Shown here piece by piece: positions 12,269 through 24,949 of a DNA stretch of 64,000 nucleotides. This stretch comes from Octopus sinensis (lineage: Eukaryota): contig NC_043005.1 of NCBI RefSeq assembly GCF_006345805.1, positions 34,038,001-34,102,000 on the forward strand. The letters run 5' to 3'. A program made the translations under genes and the position numbers. The notes beneath the pieces are model-generated. The model ran no database searches, had not been told where the DNA came from, and saw only the letters and a program-made list of their open reading frames with translations. How positions within the stretch are numbered: the stretch's first letter is position 1; every line of letters starts with the position of its first letter.

Positions 12269-12368
12269 ATGACTGACATCGTGGAATTATCTAATGAGAA
12301 ATTGAATGTTGAGGACGTTTCAAAATCTGTCACTTTACCAAATTGTGGTGCTGTATCACTATTTATTG
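12269..12368 (+). CDS. MOCS2B: Molybdopterin synthase catalytic subunit (MoaE), first coding exon: MTDIVELSNEKLNVEDVSKSVTLPNCGAVSLFI(G); exon starts at 12261
   Basis: tttattag acceptor at 12259-12260, ATG 12269, attg|gtaaga donor; matches EKL.V.EVS..V..P.CGA.SLF.G of MOCS2B. Confidence 0.93.
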
Positions 12369-13599
12369 GTAAGAGTTTTTAGTGTATGACATTAATTAGT
12401 CATTCATGTTTAAACCTTTAGCATTTAAACCAGTGATATTGAGCTAAAATATTATACCTGTTTTATGTTAAAACTGGCCTGATCCAGCCTCTCATATCTA
12501 CCTTACAGTATAATTTTAAAAAGAAATAATCACATCTTTGAAATCTCAAATTACAAGATAATGCATGATAAGGTGTGAGAGACCAGCTCCGGCCACATTG
12601 TACAAGGAAAGGAAAGGAAAAGAGAGGAGAGAAAAAAAAATGGAGAAAAGAAATGAAGGATAGAAAGTGAAAAAAATGTCATAATTTATGTGTGTTTATA
12701 TATATATATAATTATCATTTTAATGTCTATGGGTTGGACAGTGTTAATTGAGGCAGTTGGAAATAGGTGATGGATGGTGAGAGAAAGGGTATCTGGCCAT
12801 AAAAGATCATCATCGGACGTTAAATGATGATAATGATGATCTTTTACGGCTAGATACCCTCTCCCTCACCAACCATCACTTATTTCCAAGCAGGGAAATA
12901 TTTTTCTCATGGTCAGACATGTTCTTGCAGACTATTGGAGATGAATGACAGTGATAATTGTTTAAACTGTCATGTGATATCATGAGAATGAGACACAAAC
13001 ATACACATTCACTCTCTCACACACACACATACACACACATGACATGATTCCTTTAGTTTCCATCTACTAAATCAGCTCACAAGGCTTTGGTTGACTTGAG
13101 GCATCTGCAAAAGTGCCATGCAGTGGGGCCGAACCTGAAACTATGTGACTGGAAAGCAAACCTCTTAATAACGCAGCCACACCTGCACATATATGTATGT
13201 GGATGTGTTTTCTTGTCTTGACATCACCTGATTGCTGTAAACAAACATCGTTTGCTTGGAAACAGGTGAGGGCTGATGACAAGAAGGGCATCTGGCCATA
13301 GAAAATCTGCTGCAGTGAATTACATCTGATCCATGCAAGCATTTATATTCTGATCCCTGTACCTTGAGGGTATACCCTGGCACACCACCACCATCTTTCT
13401 TTTGCTCTCACCCTTTTTCTCTCTTGCACTCTCACACTGTCATTCTTGATCACACTCTCACTTTTTCTCTTCCTTTGATTTGGTATCTCCTCTACAGCAA
13501 GACATCTGTTTCTGTTCCTCTAACATACTCTAACCTCTCATCACCTGGCACAAGGCCACCTCCTCCAGTACTCCTTCCACTCTTGAAGGTTCTTTGTCT

Positions 13600-13995
13600 T
13601 GCAAGTTACTTGGTGACCCCACCAGTGCTGGTCCACACTGTAAAGTAGTTGGCATTTAGAAGGGTATCCAGCTGTAAAAACCATGTCAAAGCAGACCTTG
13701 CCAGTGCTGGTGCCAAATAAAAAGCACCCAGGCCACTTTGAAAAGTGGTTGGTATTATGAAGGGCATCCAACTGAAAAAAAAACCATGCCAAAACAGATC
13801 TTGCGGGTACTGGTACCATGTAAAAAGCACTTAGACCCCTCTGTAAGGTGAATGGCATTAGGAAGGGCATCCAGCAGTAAAAACCATGCCAAAATAGACA
13901 ATGAAACCTGGTGCAGTCTTCTGACTTGTCAGCCCCTATCAAACTATCCAACCCATGCCACCCTGGAAAACGGATGTTAAATGGTGGTGATGATG
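13600..13995 (+). repeat. RTE 3'-UTR-derived SINE-like fragment (representative of roughly 20 short copies on both strands)
   Basis: gttggcattaggaagggcatccagc..aaaccatgcc..acccatgcca..gatgttaaatg(atg)n, the same 3' end as RTE copies A/B/C; others at ~10420, 11780, 16390, 23470, 26090, 41150, 45780, 51730. Confidence 0.8.
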
Positions 13996-15244
13996 ATGGT
14001 TGTATGGCGATAGGCTTAGAGTTTACATTTAAATAAGAAAGAAAGACTTAAAAAACTGTACAGTTGCGTCTATGTCCCACTCCCCTACCATCCAACTTGT
14101 CTCCTAGTACTTGTATAAAATTTTCAACTGCCCACAGGAGGTGGTACTACTTGGTGGAAATGGTCAAGAATCTATTGAGATGGGGATGGTGGTGGTTGTA
14201 TATAGGAAGATGATAGTGTTGGTGAGAGGTGTGTTATCATTGTTTGTGTTGACATGATGAGAATAATTATGATCATAACTTGATTCACTCAAAATATTGG
14301 TGCCATCTGGAATTTTCTGCTAAACAAAGAACACAGTACAGTAGAAGAAGATCTGCTTTGTCATTTTTACAGACAAGTAATTTATAATCTCCTCCTTCAA
14401 ATCTGCAACAAATGACCACGATAAAATATGTCTGCTAATATTAAAGAATCTTCATTGAATATTAGAACATACAAGAGGAAAAAAAAACCATCCATTACAG
14501 CTTGCTAAATAATTTTGTAATGCTTAATAGGAATGATAAGAAATGAACAAACATTACAACAACAAAGAAATAGTACAAGTTCTGCAAATTTTTATTATTA
14601 TTATTTTTTGCATTGCTCACAAAAGACAGACAACAGTTTAAAGAGCAGAACACTTGTGTGATATCACATAGAATAATATTTTGTGCAATGCAACATGACA
14701 GACTGTGCTAGAAGACAAGAGGAGGAAATGAGAGATGTGTACATATGATGTCGAGTATGGTGCTGATTTTCTTAGAAACAATGAAAGGCAGCAGAATTGT
14801 AACTTATCAGAAGTTTCCTAGAATACTAATGAGATGAAGTAGAATGATCTTCTAAGGAATATGGAAAGCATGGAATAAATAAATGTTGTATATGAATATT
14901 TAGTAGTAGCTGTTACCTGCTATTTCAAGAGAGATTTAGGTGTGTGTGTGTGTGCATGCATGCGGTTGCATAGGAATATATATATAAATATATATATATA
15001 TAAGTTCTTTGTAAAGCATATTATGTATGTAATATGTATGTGTGTGTGTGACAGAGAGAGAGATTGTCACTTTACCTTGACATTGCATGCTTGTTGTAAA
15101 TGAATGTCACTATCATGAAAGTGGTGTCCTTTGTTTCTGATCTTCTGTGAAAACATGTCTAGTTATAAGGAATTAATGCCTTACTTGGAAGCAGGTATGG
15201 GTTGATGATAGGAAGGGTACCTGACATGCCTATTCTATAATCAT

Positions 15245-16380
15245 CATCATCATCATTTAATGTCCATGCTGGCATTGGTTCGACAGCTTCACCAGGGTTG
15301 GCAAGCTGGAAGGCTGCACCAAACTCCAGTCTGATTTTGCATGGTTTCTATGGCTGGATGCCCACCCTAACACCAATCACTCTGAGAGTGTAATGGGTGT
15401 TTTTATGTGCCACCAGCATAAGTGCCATTTGTGTGACACCAGTATCTGCCATTACTGCGATTTTGCTCAGCTTGATGGCTCTTTTTCTCAAGCATGACAT
15501 AATGCCAAAGGTTTTGGTCATTGCCTCCATGAGGCCCAACACTTGAAAGGAGCTCAGCCACTTTGCCTCAATGAGGCCCAATGCATGAAAGGTGCTCTTT
15601 ACATGCCACCTGCATGGGTGCCAGTTACATGACACCAGCATCAGCCACAACTACAATTTCACTTGGCCTGATGGGTCTTTTCAAGCACAGCATATCACCA
15701 AAGGTCTTGGTTATAGTCATTGTCTCTGTGAGGACCAAAGTTCAAAGATCATGCTTCTTCACCTTGTCCCATGTCTTCCTGGATCTACCTCTACCCCAGG
15801 TTCCCTCTGCTGTTAGAATTTGGCACTTCTTTACACAGCTGTCTTCGTCCACATGAATGACATGACCATACCAGCACAGTCGTCTCTCTTGCATACTAAA
15901 TTTGAGGCCTCTTATGCCCAACTTTTCTCTGAAAATGCTTGCACTCTGTTGAACATACACACTGACATTACACATCCAGTGGAGCATACTAGCTGCATTT
16001 CTTTCAAGCCTACACATGTTCTCAGCTGTCACAGCCCATGTTTCACTGCCATATAGCATAGCTGTTCACACATAGGCATCATACAATCTGCCTTTCACTC
16101 TGAGAGAGAGAATCCCTTTGTTGCTAGCAGAGGTAGGAGCTCTCTGAACTTTGCTTAGCCTAATCTTATTCTCATAGCTATACTCTTGGAGCATCCATCT
16201 CTGCTACTAACTTGGTCACCTAGGTAACAGAAGCTATCTACTATCTCTAGCTTGCTCCATTGACAATTTTTGGTGTTTATTGTACCTGTTCATCTTCCAC
16301 ATACAAAAGCTATTTTCCATGTTAACCTTCCTCTGATATTGCTAATAATCATTGCATTTGGCAGAGTAGTCTGAATGCCA
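15245..16380 (-). mobile_element. RTE LINE copy E (3' part), in MOCS2 intron 12369-19634, antisense
   Basis: Minus ORF 15742-16059 MLYGSETWAVTAE...GRGRSRKTWD plus 3' UTR and CAT tail. Confidence 0.85.
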
Positions 16381-19269
16381 AAGGGTTAATGTCTGCTTTC
16401 CATGTTGGCATGAGTTGGACAGTTTGACATTGAGCTGGCCAGACTCCGATTGTCTGTTGTGGCATGGTTTCTACAGGTGGATATCTTTCCTAATGCCAAC
16501 CACTTAATAGAGTGTGTTGGGTGCTTTTTACGTGTCTCTGGCACGTGTGCATTTACATAGTGCTGGCACAAGTATGTTTACACAGCACTGGCACAGGTGC
16601 TTTTTATGTGGCACCAGCACCTGAAAGGACAAGCCTATATATGTGCAAGACAACAGTTTTACTTAGTTTGACATGTCTTATTAAGTACAGCGAAGTGCCA
16701 CATCTCTTTTTTCCTTGTCATTTCCTCAGTGAGGCCCAGGGTCTGAAGATTCTTTCTCACAAGCAAAAAGACTGTTTAATCAAGTGAAATTGCACCATAT
16801 GAAAATAAAAATTATTAGCGTTAATGACAATTCAGTAAAGAGGTTAAGGGAGAGTAATTTGAAATATAAATTGATCAAAAAATTAAATTATATCATGCAG
16901 TGAGGAGCGAGTGTAATATTTTGTAGTTACAGTGTTAAATGAGGACATGTTACAGTCTTATTGTATCACTCTTTCTCTCTCCCCACACACACATATTGTA
17001 ATCCTAGCTGGCCCATGTCCTATGGGCAGGATATATAGTACCTGCTGTCAACTATCATCCAGCAACCACACTTGGTCATACAGACTCATGTAACTTGACA
17101 TCACCAAACCCTGTGGTAACTGTTGTTGAAATGTTCACCCTACAGAATGTTGACTGATAACAGCATCCTGTTCTATCATGTGGAGTATGCAGTAGTAAAA
17201 TGCTGACATCATATCTCCTCTACTACATGGAGCATAGTGAAAGGATTGCTGTTGCTAAAATGTCATACTCTATGTTGACTAACTGACACAAATATCCCAT
17301 CTATCTTACCATTAGGAGTTTACAATGAAACAACTGCTAGTACTAAGATAGTTAAAACACCCAAACTGACCAATGGCAGCCCAAATACTTTGAACAATCT
17401 GACAAAGGAGATGACAACAAAACCTAACAAACGGCAAGATGTTGTTTTGGAAAAGGATCTTTCAAATCCATGCAGGCATAGAAAAGTGGACACTAAAGTG
17501 ATACTTCATAGTATTTGTTCTAACCCCCCCACCAAAAGCCTCAAATCCAACCAAAGGCCTCAACATTTTCTTTCATCTTTATGGAGTCAATAAAAAATGT
17601 ATTTATCCAGAGCAATGGATTAATAAAACTTAGAAGATTGGATAGGCTACCTTGCATGATTTTTTTTTTGGCTCTTTGTGTTCTGACAACAACTGTGAAA
17701 ACATTGGTGTCAAGTTGGAAGAGTTGAAATCAGTGACCTTTCCCTTGGATAAACATTGGTAGCCTAGAGGTGGAGAAACTTACATGTCTGGGTAATCGCT
17801 TCATTTTCTCAAAAATGTTTTACCCAGGCTTGCACATACATATGTAGATGCATAATAAACAATGACTGATGGAGGTCCTACATCATCATTGTTTTTATGT
17901 CCACTATATTAATGTAGATGGGAGATACAAGACAAAATAGTGAAGACCAACTTTAAGATGTTGAAGTGATGATAAACTATTGAGATGATCGACAAGTTGC
18001 TGTACATGAGAAGACCCATCCATCTTGGCAGAAATGAAGTCCTAAAAGTATATTGTTTTGATAAAGCCTTGCACTTAAGCCATCCCCACAGTTCATCTTC
18101 TCAGCATCCACCCCTGTATTCTCAGTATCATTCCCTATCACTATTGAGCAGCATCTCATATCAATTATTAATGACACCTAGCTTTTTGTTTATCACCCAC
18201 TGTATTCACCCATTATACCTCTAATCTCCATCCCTGTCACTGTGCTCCCCCCTCTCTACCCCACACTTCACATCATCTCCCTCTTTCTCCTTTTTACAGT
18301 TCTATTACAATACTGCTCTCCCCTCCTCCTTTTTGTATTGCTACTTCTTCCTCCCTGACCTATCCCTAGTTCCTTCACATTCCCTTACCTCTACTGACAT
18401 TCAACATTGACCATGCCTCCATACCTGTAAGCCAGCCACTGCATTCACTTATATCCTTACTTTTAACCGTCTGTCACTCATCTTTCTATCACAAACTTAA
18501 CTGGGATGGTTATTACCTCACTTGAAAATAGATGGGAGTTGGCTTCGGGAACATGGTCTTGTCTAACCCACACAAGCATAGGAAATGGATATTAAAATGA
18601 TGATGATGATGATAATGATATGCATGTGTGTTTGTCTCTCACCACCTGACAACTAGTGTTAGTTTCTTTACATCCCCATAACTTAGCGGTTCTGCAAGAT
18701 GAGATCAATAGAATAAGTATCACACTTTAAAAGTAAGTACTGGAATCAATTTCATTGACTAAACCCTTCATAGTGGTGCCCCAGCATGATTGTAACCCAA
18801 TCATTGAAACAAGTAAAAGATTTAACAGTGTATGTGTCATTCATCATCATGATACACACACACACACACACACCTGTCTGTCATATTGCTGGTAACTTTG
18901 GAAGAATACTTTTGCAACTATGGGAAATATCAGGAAATATGGTATATACTCTCAACTATAATTTAACTTTTATCAAATTATATAAAATGATGAAAAGAAT
19001 ACTAATTAAGACAGTATTTATTACCTTAAAATTTAATTATAATAAAGTTCTCATTTTTATAACCCTAACTACAACTACTCTGTCATTTACCCCCTCTCAT
19101 CCTTTCCTCTGTCTCTAATTCTTTCTCTCACTCATCCTGTACCTCTTATGTTTACTCTCTCTATTTCTCCTTCACTTCCTTTTCCCCCCCTCTCTCCCCA
19201 TATGAGTTAAATCATGACTGGAGAAATCAACCAATCAATAACCTTTATATCAGCTATTATATATTCATA

Positions 19270-19505
19270 AGGAAGGCGGCGAGCTGGCAGAAACGTTAGC
19301 GTGCCGGGCGAAATGCTTAGCAGTATTTCGTCTGTTGTTATGTTCTGAGTTCAAATTCCGCTGAGGTCTACTTTGCCTTTCATCCTTTCGGGGTCGATAA
19401 ATAAAGTACCAGTTTCGCACTGGGGTCTATGTAAGCGACTTAATCCGTGTGTCTGTCCTTGTTTGTCCTCTCTGTGTGTAGACCCTTGTGGGTAGCAAAG
19501 AAATA
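19270..19505 (+). mobile_element. Full-length tRNA-derived SINE with Nin/Deu-like core and 15-bp TSD
   Basis: Head GGCGGCGAGCTGGCAGAAACGTTAG..GAGTTCAAATTCC; core gcctttcatcctttcggggtcgataaa..agtaccag; TSD TATTATATATTCATA at 19255-19269 and 19506-19520. Confidence 0.88.
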
Positions 19506-19634
19506 TATTATATATTCATATATATATATAAAAAAAAATATTTTCCCTAACATCTGACTAGTGATCCAATATTTTTAAGTCCATTAGTTAACACCCTTTT
19601 GTACCAATAAAGAGTTCACTTTATTGCATTTCAG

Positions 19635-19785
19635 GTACCACTCGTGATCATTTTGATGGCAAAGAGGTGTTAAGCTTGCAGTATGAAGCATACCATACAA
19701 TGGCTAAAAAGAAAATGTTTGAAATTTGTCAAGATATACGCAACAAATGGAATGTTGGAAAAATCGCTCTTGTACATAGATTAGG
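19635..19785 (+). CDS. MOCS2B: MOCS2B exon: (G)[49 protein letters not shown](G)
   Basis: tttcag acceptor, ttagg|gtaagc donor, phases 1/2 consistent; GTTR..F.GK.V..L.YEAY and HRLG motifs. Confidence 0.97.
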
Positions 19786-19869
19786 GTAAGCATGATTTTC
19801 CTGATTATTTAAAGTTTGTTTTTCTGGGTTTTGTAAGTTGTCAGAATCTGTGATAGAATACTTAAGCTT

Positions 19870-21400
19870 AGACTAGTGCTGCAATATGGTTTAGCAACAA
19901 TTATCTCAGTTTATGCCCCTCAGCCAAGGCTACATGATGAACAGAAAGATCATTTTTATGACACCTTCTTGCAGACTACCTCATCAACAAATAACAGGGA
20001 CTTTCTCTTTGTGGCTGGTGACAACATCCAGCAAACTTCCATGGTGTACGGATTTGGCTCCTGTAATGAGGAGGGAGCCAGGCTGCTGGAGTTCTGTGAT
20101 GCAAATGATCTTATGATCTGTAATGTTAACTTCAAGAAACCTGCCAGTCACCTGTTCACCTACCAATCTGGTGGACACACTAGCCAGGAAGCGGGAACAT
20201 AGGTTAGAAGTTAGAAGCAAGGATCAGTCTTCAGCCTCCTCTTATTCATCATAGTCTTCCAGGCAATAACAGAGGAATTCTAAACAGGCTACACCTAGGA
20301 ACTCCTTTATGCTAATGACCTTGTTCTAATAACTGAGTCACTACCAGATCTAGAGAAGTTTCAAGTGTGGAAGCAAGGTCTAGAATGAAAGGGTCTTAGA
20401 GTCAATCTAGCAAAAACCTAAGTCTTAGTAAGTAGGAAGGCAGACAAACCATAAATCACTTCAGGTAGTTGGCCCAGCTCGATCTGTAGGAAAGGTGTAG
20501 ATAGAAACGCCATAAGATGTACCTGGTGTAAGCTATGGATACATAAGAGGTGCAGCAATATCAAGGAATGGTTAACTGGGAAGATAATTTTTGTGTGTGG
20601 CAGATGCACAGGGGCAATAAACACTGAAACTCTGCAGAGAGCAGCTTCCATCACATGCCAAGAGGAAAAACGAGAAGTAGTTGATAGCTTCCGTTATCTA
20701 GGTGACCAAGTCAGCAGTGGAGGTGGATGCTCTGAGAGTGTAGCTACTAGAATAAAAATAGCCTAGGCAAAGTTCAGATAGGTCTTATCTCTGCTGGTAA
20801 CAAAGGGCCTCTCGCTCAGAGTGAAAGGTAGATTGTATGATGCATGTGTGTGAACAGCCATGCTACATGGTAGTGAAACATTGGCTGTGACTGCTGAGGA
20901 CATGTGTAGGCTTGAAAGAAATGAAGTTAGTATGCTCTGCTGGATGTGTAATGTCAGTGTGCATACATGGCAGAGTGTAAGTGCCCTGAGAGAAAAGTTG
21001 GACACAAGAAGTATCAGGTGTGGTGTACAAGAAAGACAACTGCACTGGTATGGTCATGTTACATATAGATGAGGACAGCTGTGTAAAGAAGTGCTGATCT
21101 CTACCTGTGGAAGAGGTAGACCCAGGAAGACCTGGGATGAGATGGTGCAGCACAACCTTTGAACGTTGGGCCTCACTGAAGCAATGACAAACAACCGAGA
21201 CCTTTGGAAATATACTGTTTGAGAAGACCTGGCAAGCTAAGTGAGTTCGTAGCTATGGCATATGCCAGTGTTGCATAACTGGCCCATTTAAGAGTTCCCT
21301 TCAATCGTCGGGAAATGTGCTGTGCTTGAGAAGACCTATTGAGTCAAGTAAAATTGCTGTCATGGCTGATGCCAGTACTACCTGACCGGCACCCCTGCTG
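19870..21400 (+). mobile_element. RTE LINE copy F (AP endonuclease remnant joined by internal deletion at ~20205 to the 3' half of RT), in MOCS2 intron 19786-21953, sense
   Basis: IISVYAPQ..FVAGD..GFGSCNEEGARLLEFC..FTYQSGGH then QGSVFS, MLHGSETLAVTAE, GRPRKTWD. Confidence 0.85.
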
Positions 21401-21744
21401 GTGGGACTATTCCGAAGGAGATAATGTTAAAACTTATGTAAATAAGTTATTTTTTATTAAACATAACTAGTCCAGGAACTTTTTGATACTACCTTGTATG
21501 TGTGTTGTTTAACAATATTTCCTTTTCCTTTATGACAAGACATTATGTTTTCCTGCCATTTCATCTCCCTTAGTTTAATTATATAAGAATGTAAGCAATA
21601 GTGTTGATGATAATTGGTGACAGCAAATTCTAATCTGGAAACTAAAAGAAGCCTGTCATATGTATGTATGTGGGTGTGGAACATGGAATTTTAATGGTGA
21701 TGATGATGAAGATTTTCTGTCTATCTGGCTGGCTTGCTGTCTGT

Positions 21745-21780
<36 letters not shown>

Positions 21781-21953
21781 AAAGAAAAAAATATTGCTAT
21801 AAAATACTGTCTAGGTAATATTTTTGAATATTTTAAAATAGTTAAATACATAATTTTTATTTTCCTTGAGCTTTGCTGCAACTAAGACTGCTGGATTAAT
21901 CTACTCAACATTTCCATTTAATGAATATATTTATTCTTTCCCACCTGTTGCAG

Positions 21954-22077
21954 TGAAGTCCCTGTTGCTGAAGCAAGTGTTATTATAGCCATCTCTTCAG
22001 AACACCGCAAGGAATCTCTTGAAGCAGTTCAATATGCCATTAATACACTGAAGGCTGTAGTGCCTATTTGGAAAAAG
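21954..22077 (+). CDS. MOCS2B: MOCS2B exon: [41 protein letters not shown]
   Basis: ttgcag acceptor, aag|gtaaca donor; conserved MoaE HR and LK...PIWKKE motifs. Confidence 0.97.
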
Positions 22078-22149
22078 GTAACACATACACATATGCACAT
22101 GCATGCATGCACATACATGCAAGCACGCACAGATATTGGTAAAGTTTTG

Positions 22150-22465
22150 ATCAACCTAATGATCAGTATTCTGTTCATGTTTCACAACCTGCCTACTCTT
22201 TCCTTACATAACAAGCAGGGCCATTTACTTGATGTGAGTAGGATCCTGTCTGTTTTCCTGCTTACCAAGACCTTAGTCTTTGCTAAGTTAGTGTTAAGCC
22301 CTTTCAATTTCAGGTTTTGCTTCCACACCTGGAATTTCTTTTCTTGCTCTGATACAGAATCTGCTATGATAGCAAGGTCATTAGCATATAGCAGTTCTCA
22401 GGGGCAGCCAGTCTTGAATTTCTCTGTTATAGCCTGAAGGATGATGAAAAGGAGAGGACTAAGAA
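22150..22465 (-). mobile_element. RTE LINE fragment G, in MOCS2 intron 22078-24949, antisense
   Basis: Reverse complement encodes ..[43 protein letters not shown]. Confidence 0.8.
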
Positions 22466-24949
22466 CTAAAATTCCATTGAGTAATCAGTGAATCTTTGAA
22501 GGCTTTTATTTCCTAAATGCCACTTATGTTGAAGATTCCTATGGCTATCTTAAAGCAACATATTGGTTACTATACTAGTAATTATATATTTTTATGGGTT
22601 TTCAAGGATGGTCAAGGAATTTATTAAGGCTATGAATTGGGCATCACTAGGCTGAGGTTTATAAACCATTTGCAGATGGGAGAAAATTATATTGATAAAA
22701 CGCTTTTCTTAAATGTTCATAAATCTATGAAATTTTTTACAGGCTATTTTGCTTCCAATTCTATCCTGTGCAGACCTTGATCCTCTCCCCTACCCATTCT
22801 TCCAAAATCTCCTACTCCACTACATGTCTCTCATAATGTAGACTGTTACTAATTGCAAAGACTAATCTCTTGACACCAACAAGATTATTAAATTGCTGGT
22901 TATTTTTGCTGTTGTCAATTCTGAAAGGAGGTTGCATTAAAGGCCTATTAAAACCAGTTCTTTACTTCATATAGACAATCCTATTAGTAGGACATCAGAA
23001 AACAACAAAGATATATCATATTGCTTATTACTCAGTTTAATAATTCTGCCACCTATTCTGGTATCTTCAGTTTACCCATCCAGAAGATCTGTACTTCGTC
23101 TTTGAGGAATGTGGTTGAAGTACATTTGTATTTGACTTCTTATACACAAAATACATACGCACTCACCTCTGCATTATATTTCTTATACATAACATTCTTG
23201 CACTCATCTTTGTTCTAATATCTCCTTTTCTATTCCACCAAATATTTTCATCATGTAGTGTTGAACCTGAAATTAAGAGCCTGAGAAAGAAAACATTTGT
23301 TGAAAGTTATGATTGAACATACCTAACACCCCACAAATACTATGTTTGCAATACTAATGACAGTTGTTAGTCTTATTCATGAAATTAGTGTTACAATTTA
23401 ATGTGCTATGCTGCACTGTTAATTACCAAACGTTTTACAGTTAGATACCAGCTGTAAGAACCTTTATAAAACTGACCTCGCCTGTGCTTGTGCCATATTA
23501 AAAGCACTAAGTCCACTCTGCTGAGTGGTTAGTGTTAGGAAGGGCATCTAGCTGTAAAAGCCCTGCCAAAACAGTCACAGAAGTCCGGTGCAGGTTTTGG
23601 CCTGGCTGGCTCTTGTACTGTCCCACCCATGCTAGCATGGAACATGGATGTTAAATGATGATGATGATACCCTTCCTTTCCTCATCCACTCCGAAAGCTA
23701 CCTAGGAATATCCATATTGCCACTGATACTAGATTGACTTGCAGGATTAAGAGACTTCTTGATATGTATCAATTTTACATTAGGGTGGCTGCTTTCTGAT
23801 GTGGGTTCTTCTACTGTGGTTTATGGATTTCATAAATGTATCTTCTGTGTTTTAGGGTCAAATCCCTTTTAGACCAATAAGAGTTTTCGAGCTGGAGAGG
23901 AAAGCTAAATTTCTAGATGGGTCTCATTCTCAGTGACTGAAGATGCTTTTCAATTCTTGTTGGTTTGTGATTGGAGTAGAGGGAACAGAGAAAATAACAA
24001 GATGAGTAAACTGTATGTCATTTCCTCAGTCAGAGGGAAGATTATTAAGACTGGCTCGGGTCTTAATTGGTGACCCTAATGGATTGAATAGGTGTCATAC
24101 AAAGAGGAATGGCTTAGGAATTCTTGAATGCTGAAATGACTTAAACAGGTTTAAATGCATATTCATTCATTTGTTTTTACATCCATTTTCCATGCCAATA
24201 TGGGGTTAGATGACATGTTATTGAAGTATTGTTTAACAGCAGGATGCCCTTTGTGTCTCTAATCCTAACCTGTTTTTTAAATAAGGGTCTTTGAAGTGTT
24301 GAGGCTGTAGACAATTTTTTGACAGGTTTAAAAACACTACAGCCATGTTTTGTAGCTCAGCAAATTTTCAGAGAAATGCAGTTTTAAAAAAAAAGCAAAA
24401 TCGCTCTCTCTCTCTCCCTCTCCCTCCATTTACTTTTCACTCACAAGGCATTGGCTGTCTCAGATCGGTATCAGAAAATACTTGATCAAGGGGTTGAACC
24501 CCAAATCAGTTGGGCATGCATTTCTTAGCCATCCAGTCACGACTGTACCTAAGGTGTAGTGCAGTAGGGTTGAACCCAAAATCAAGTGGTTGTGCAAAGA
24601 ACTTCTTAGTCAAGATGGCCAATCTACGCTTCTGGTCACTTGCCCAAGTTACTGAATAGTGAGACTGAACCTGAAACCTATGGTTGTGAAGTGAACGACG
24701 TAACTACAAATTCGTGATTTAATTTATTTTATTGTGAATAAATCATCTTCAGACTGATAAATGCAAACATGACTTATTGTAAAGTTTAATATCTGCTTAC
24801 CTTAGTCATTATGGTATAAAAAAATAATAAATAAATAAATGTAAAATGTGAGTAGGGGAAGAATCATTGCAATTAATTGTGTCTATTAGTTTGGCTGCTA
24901 TTAATTTCATATGCTTATAGAATTCTTTACATTTCTTAATTTTTTCCAG

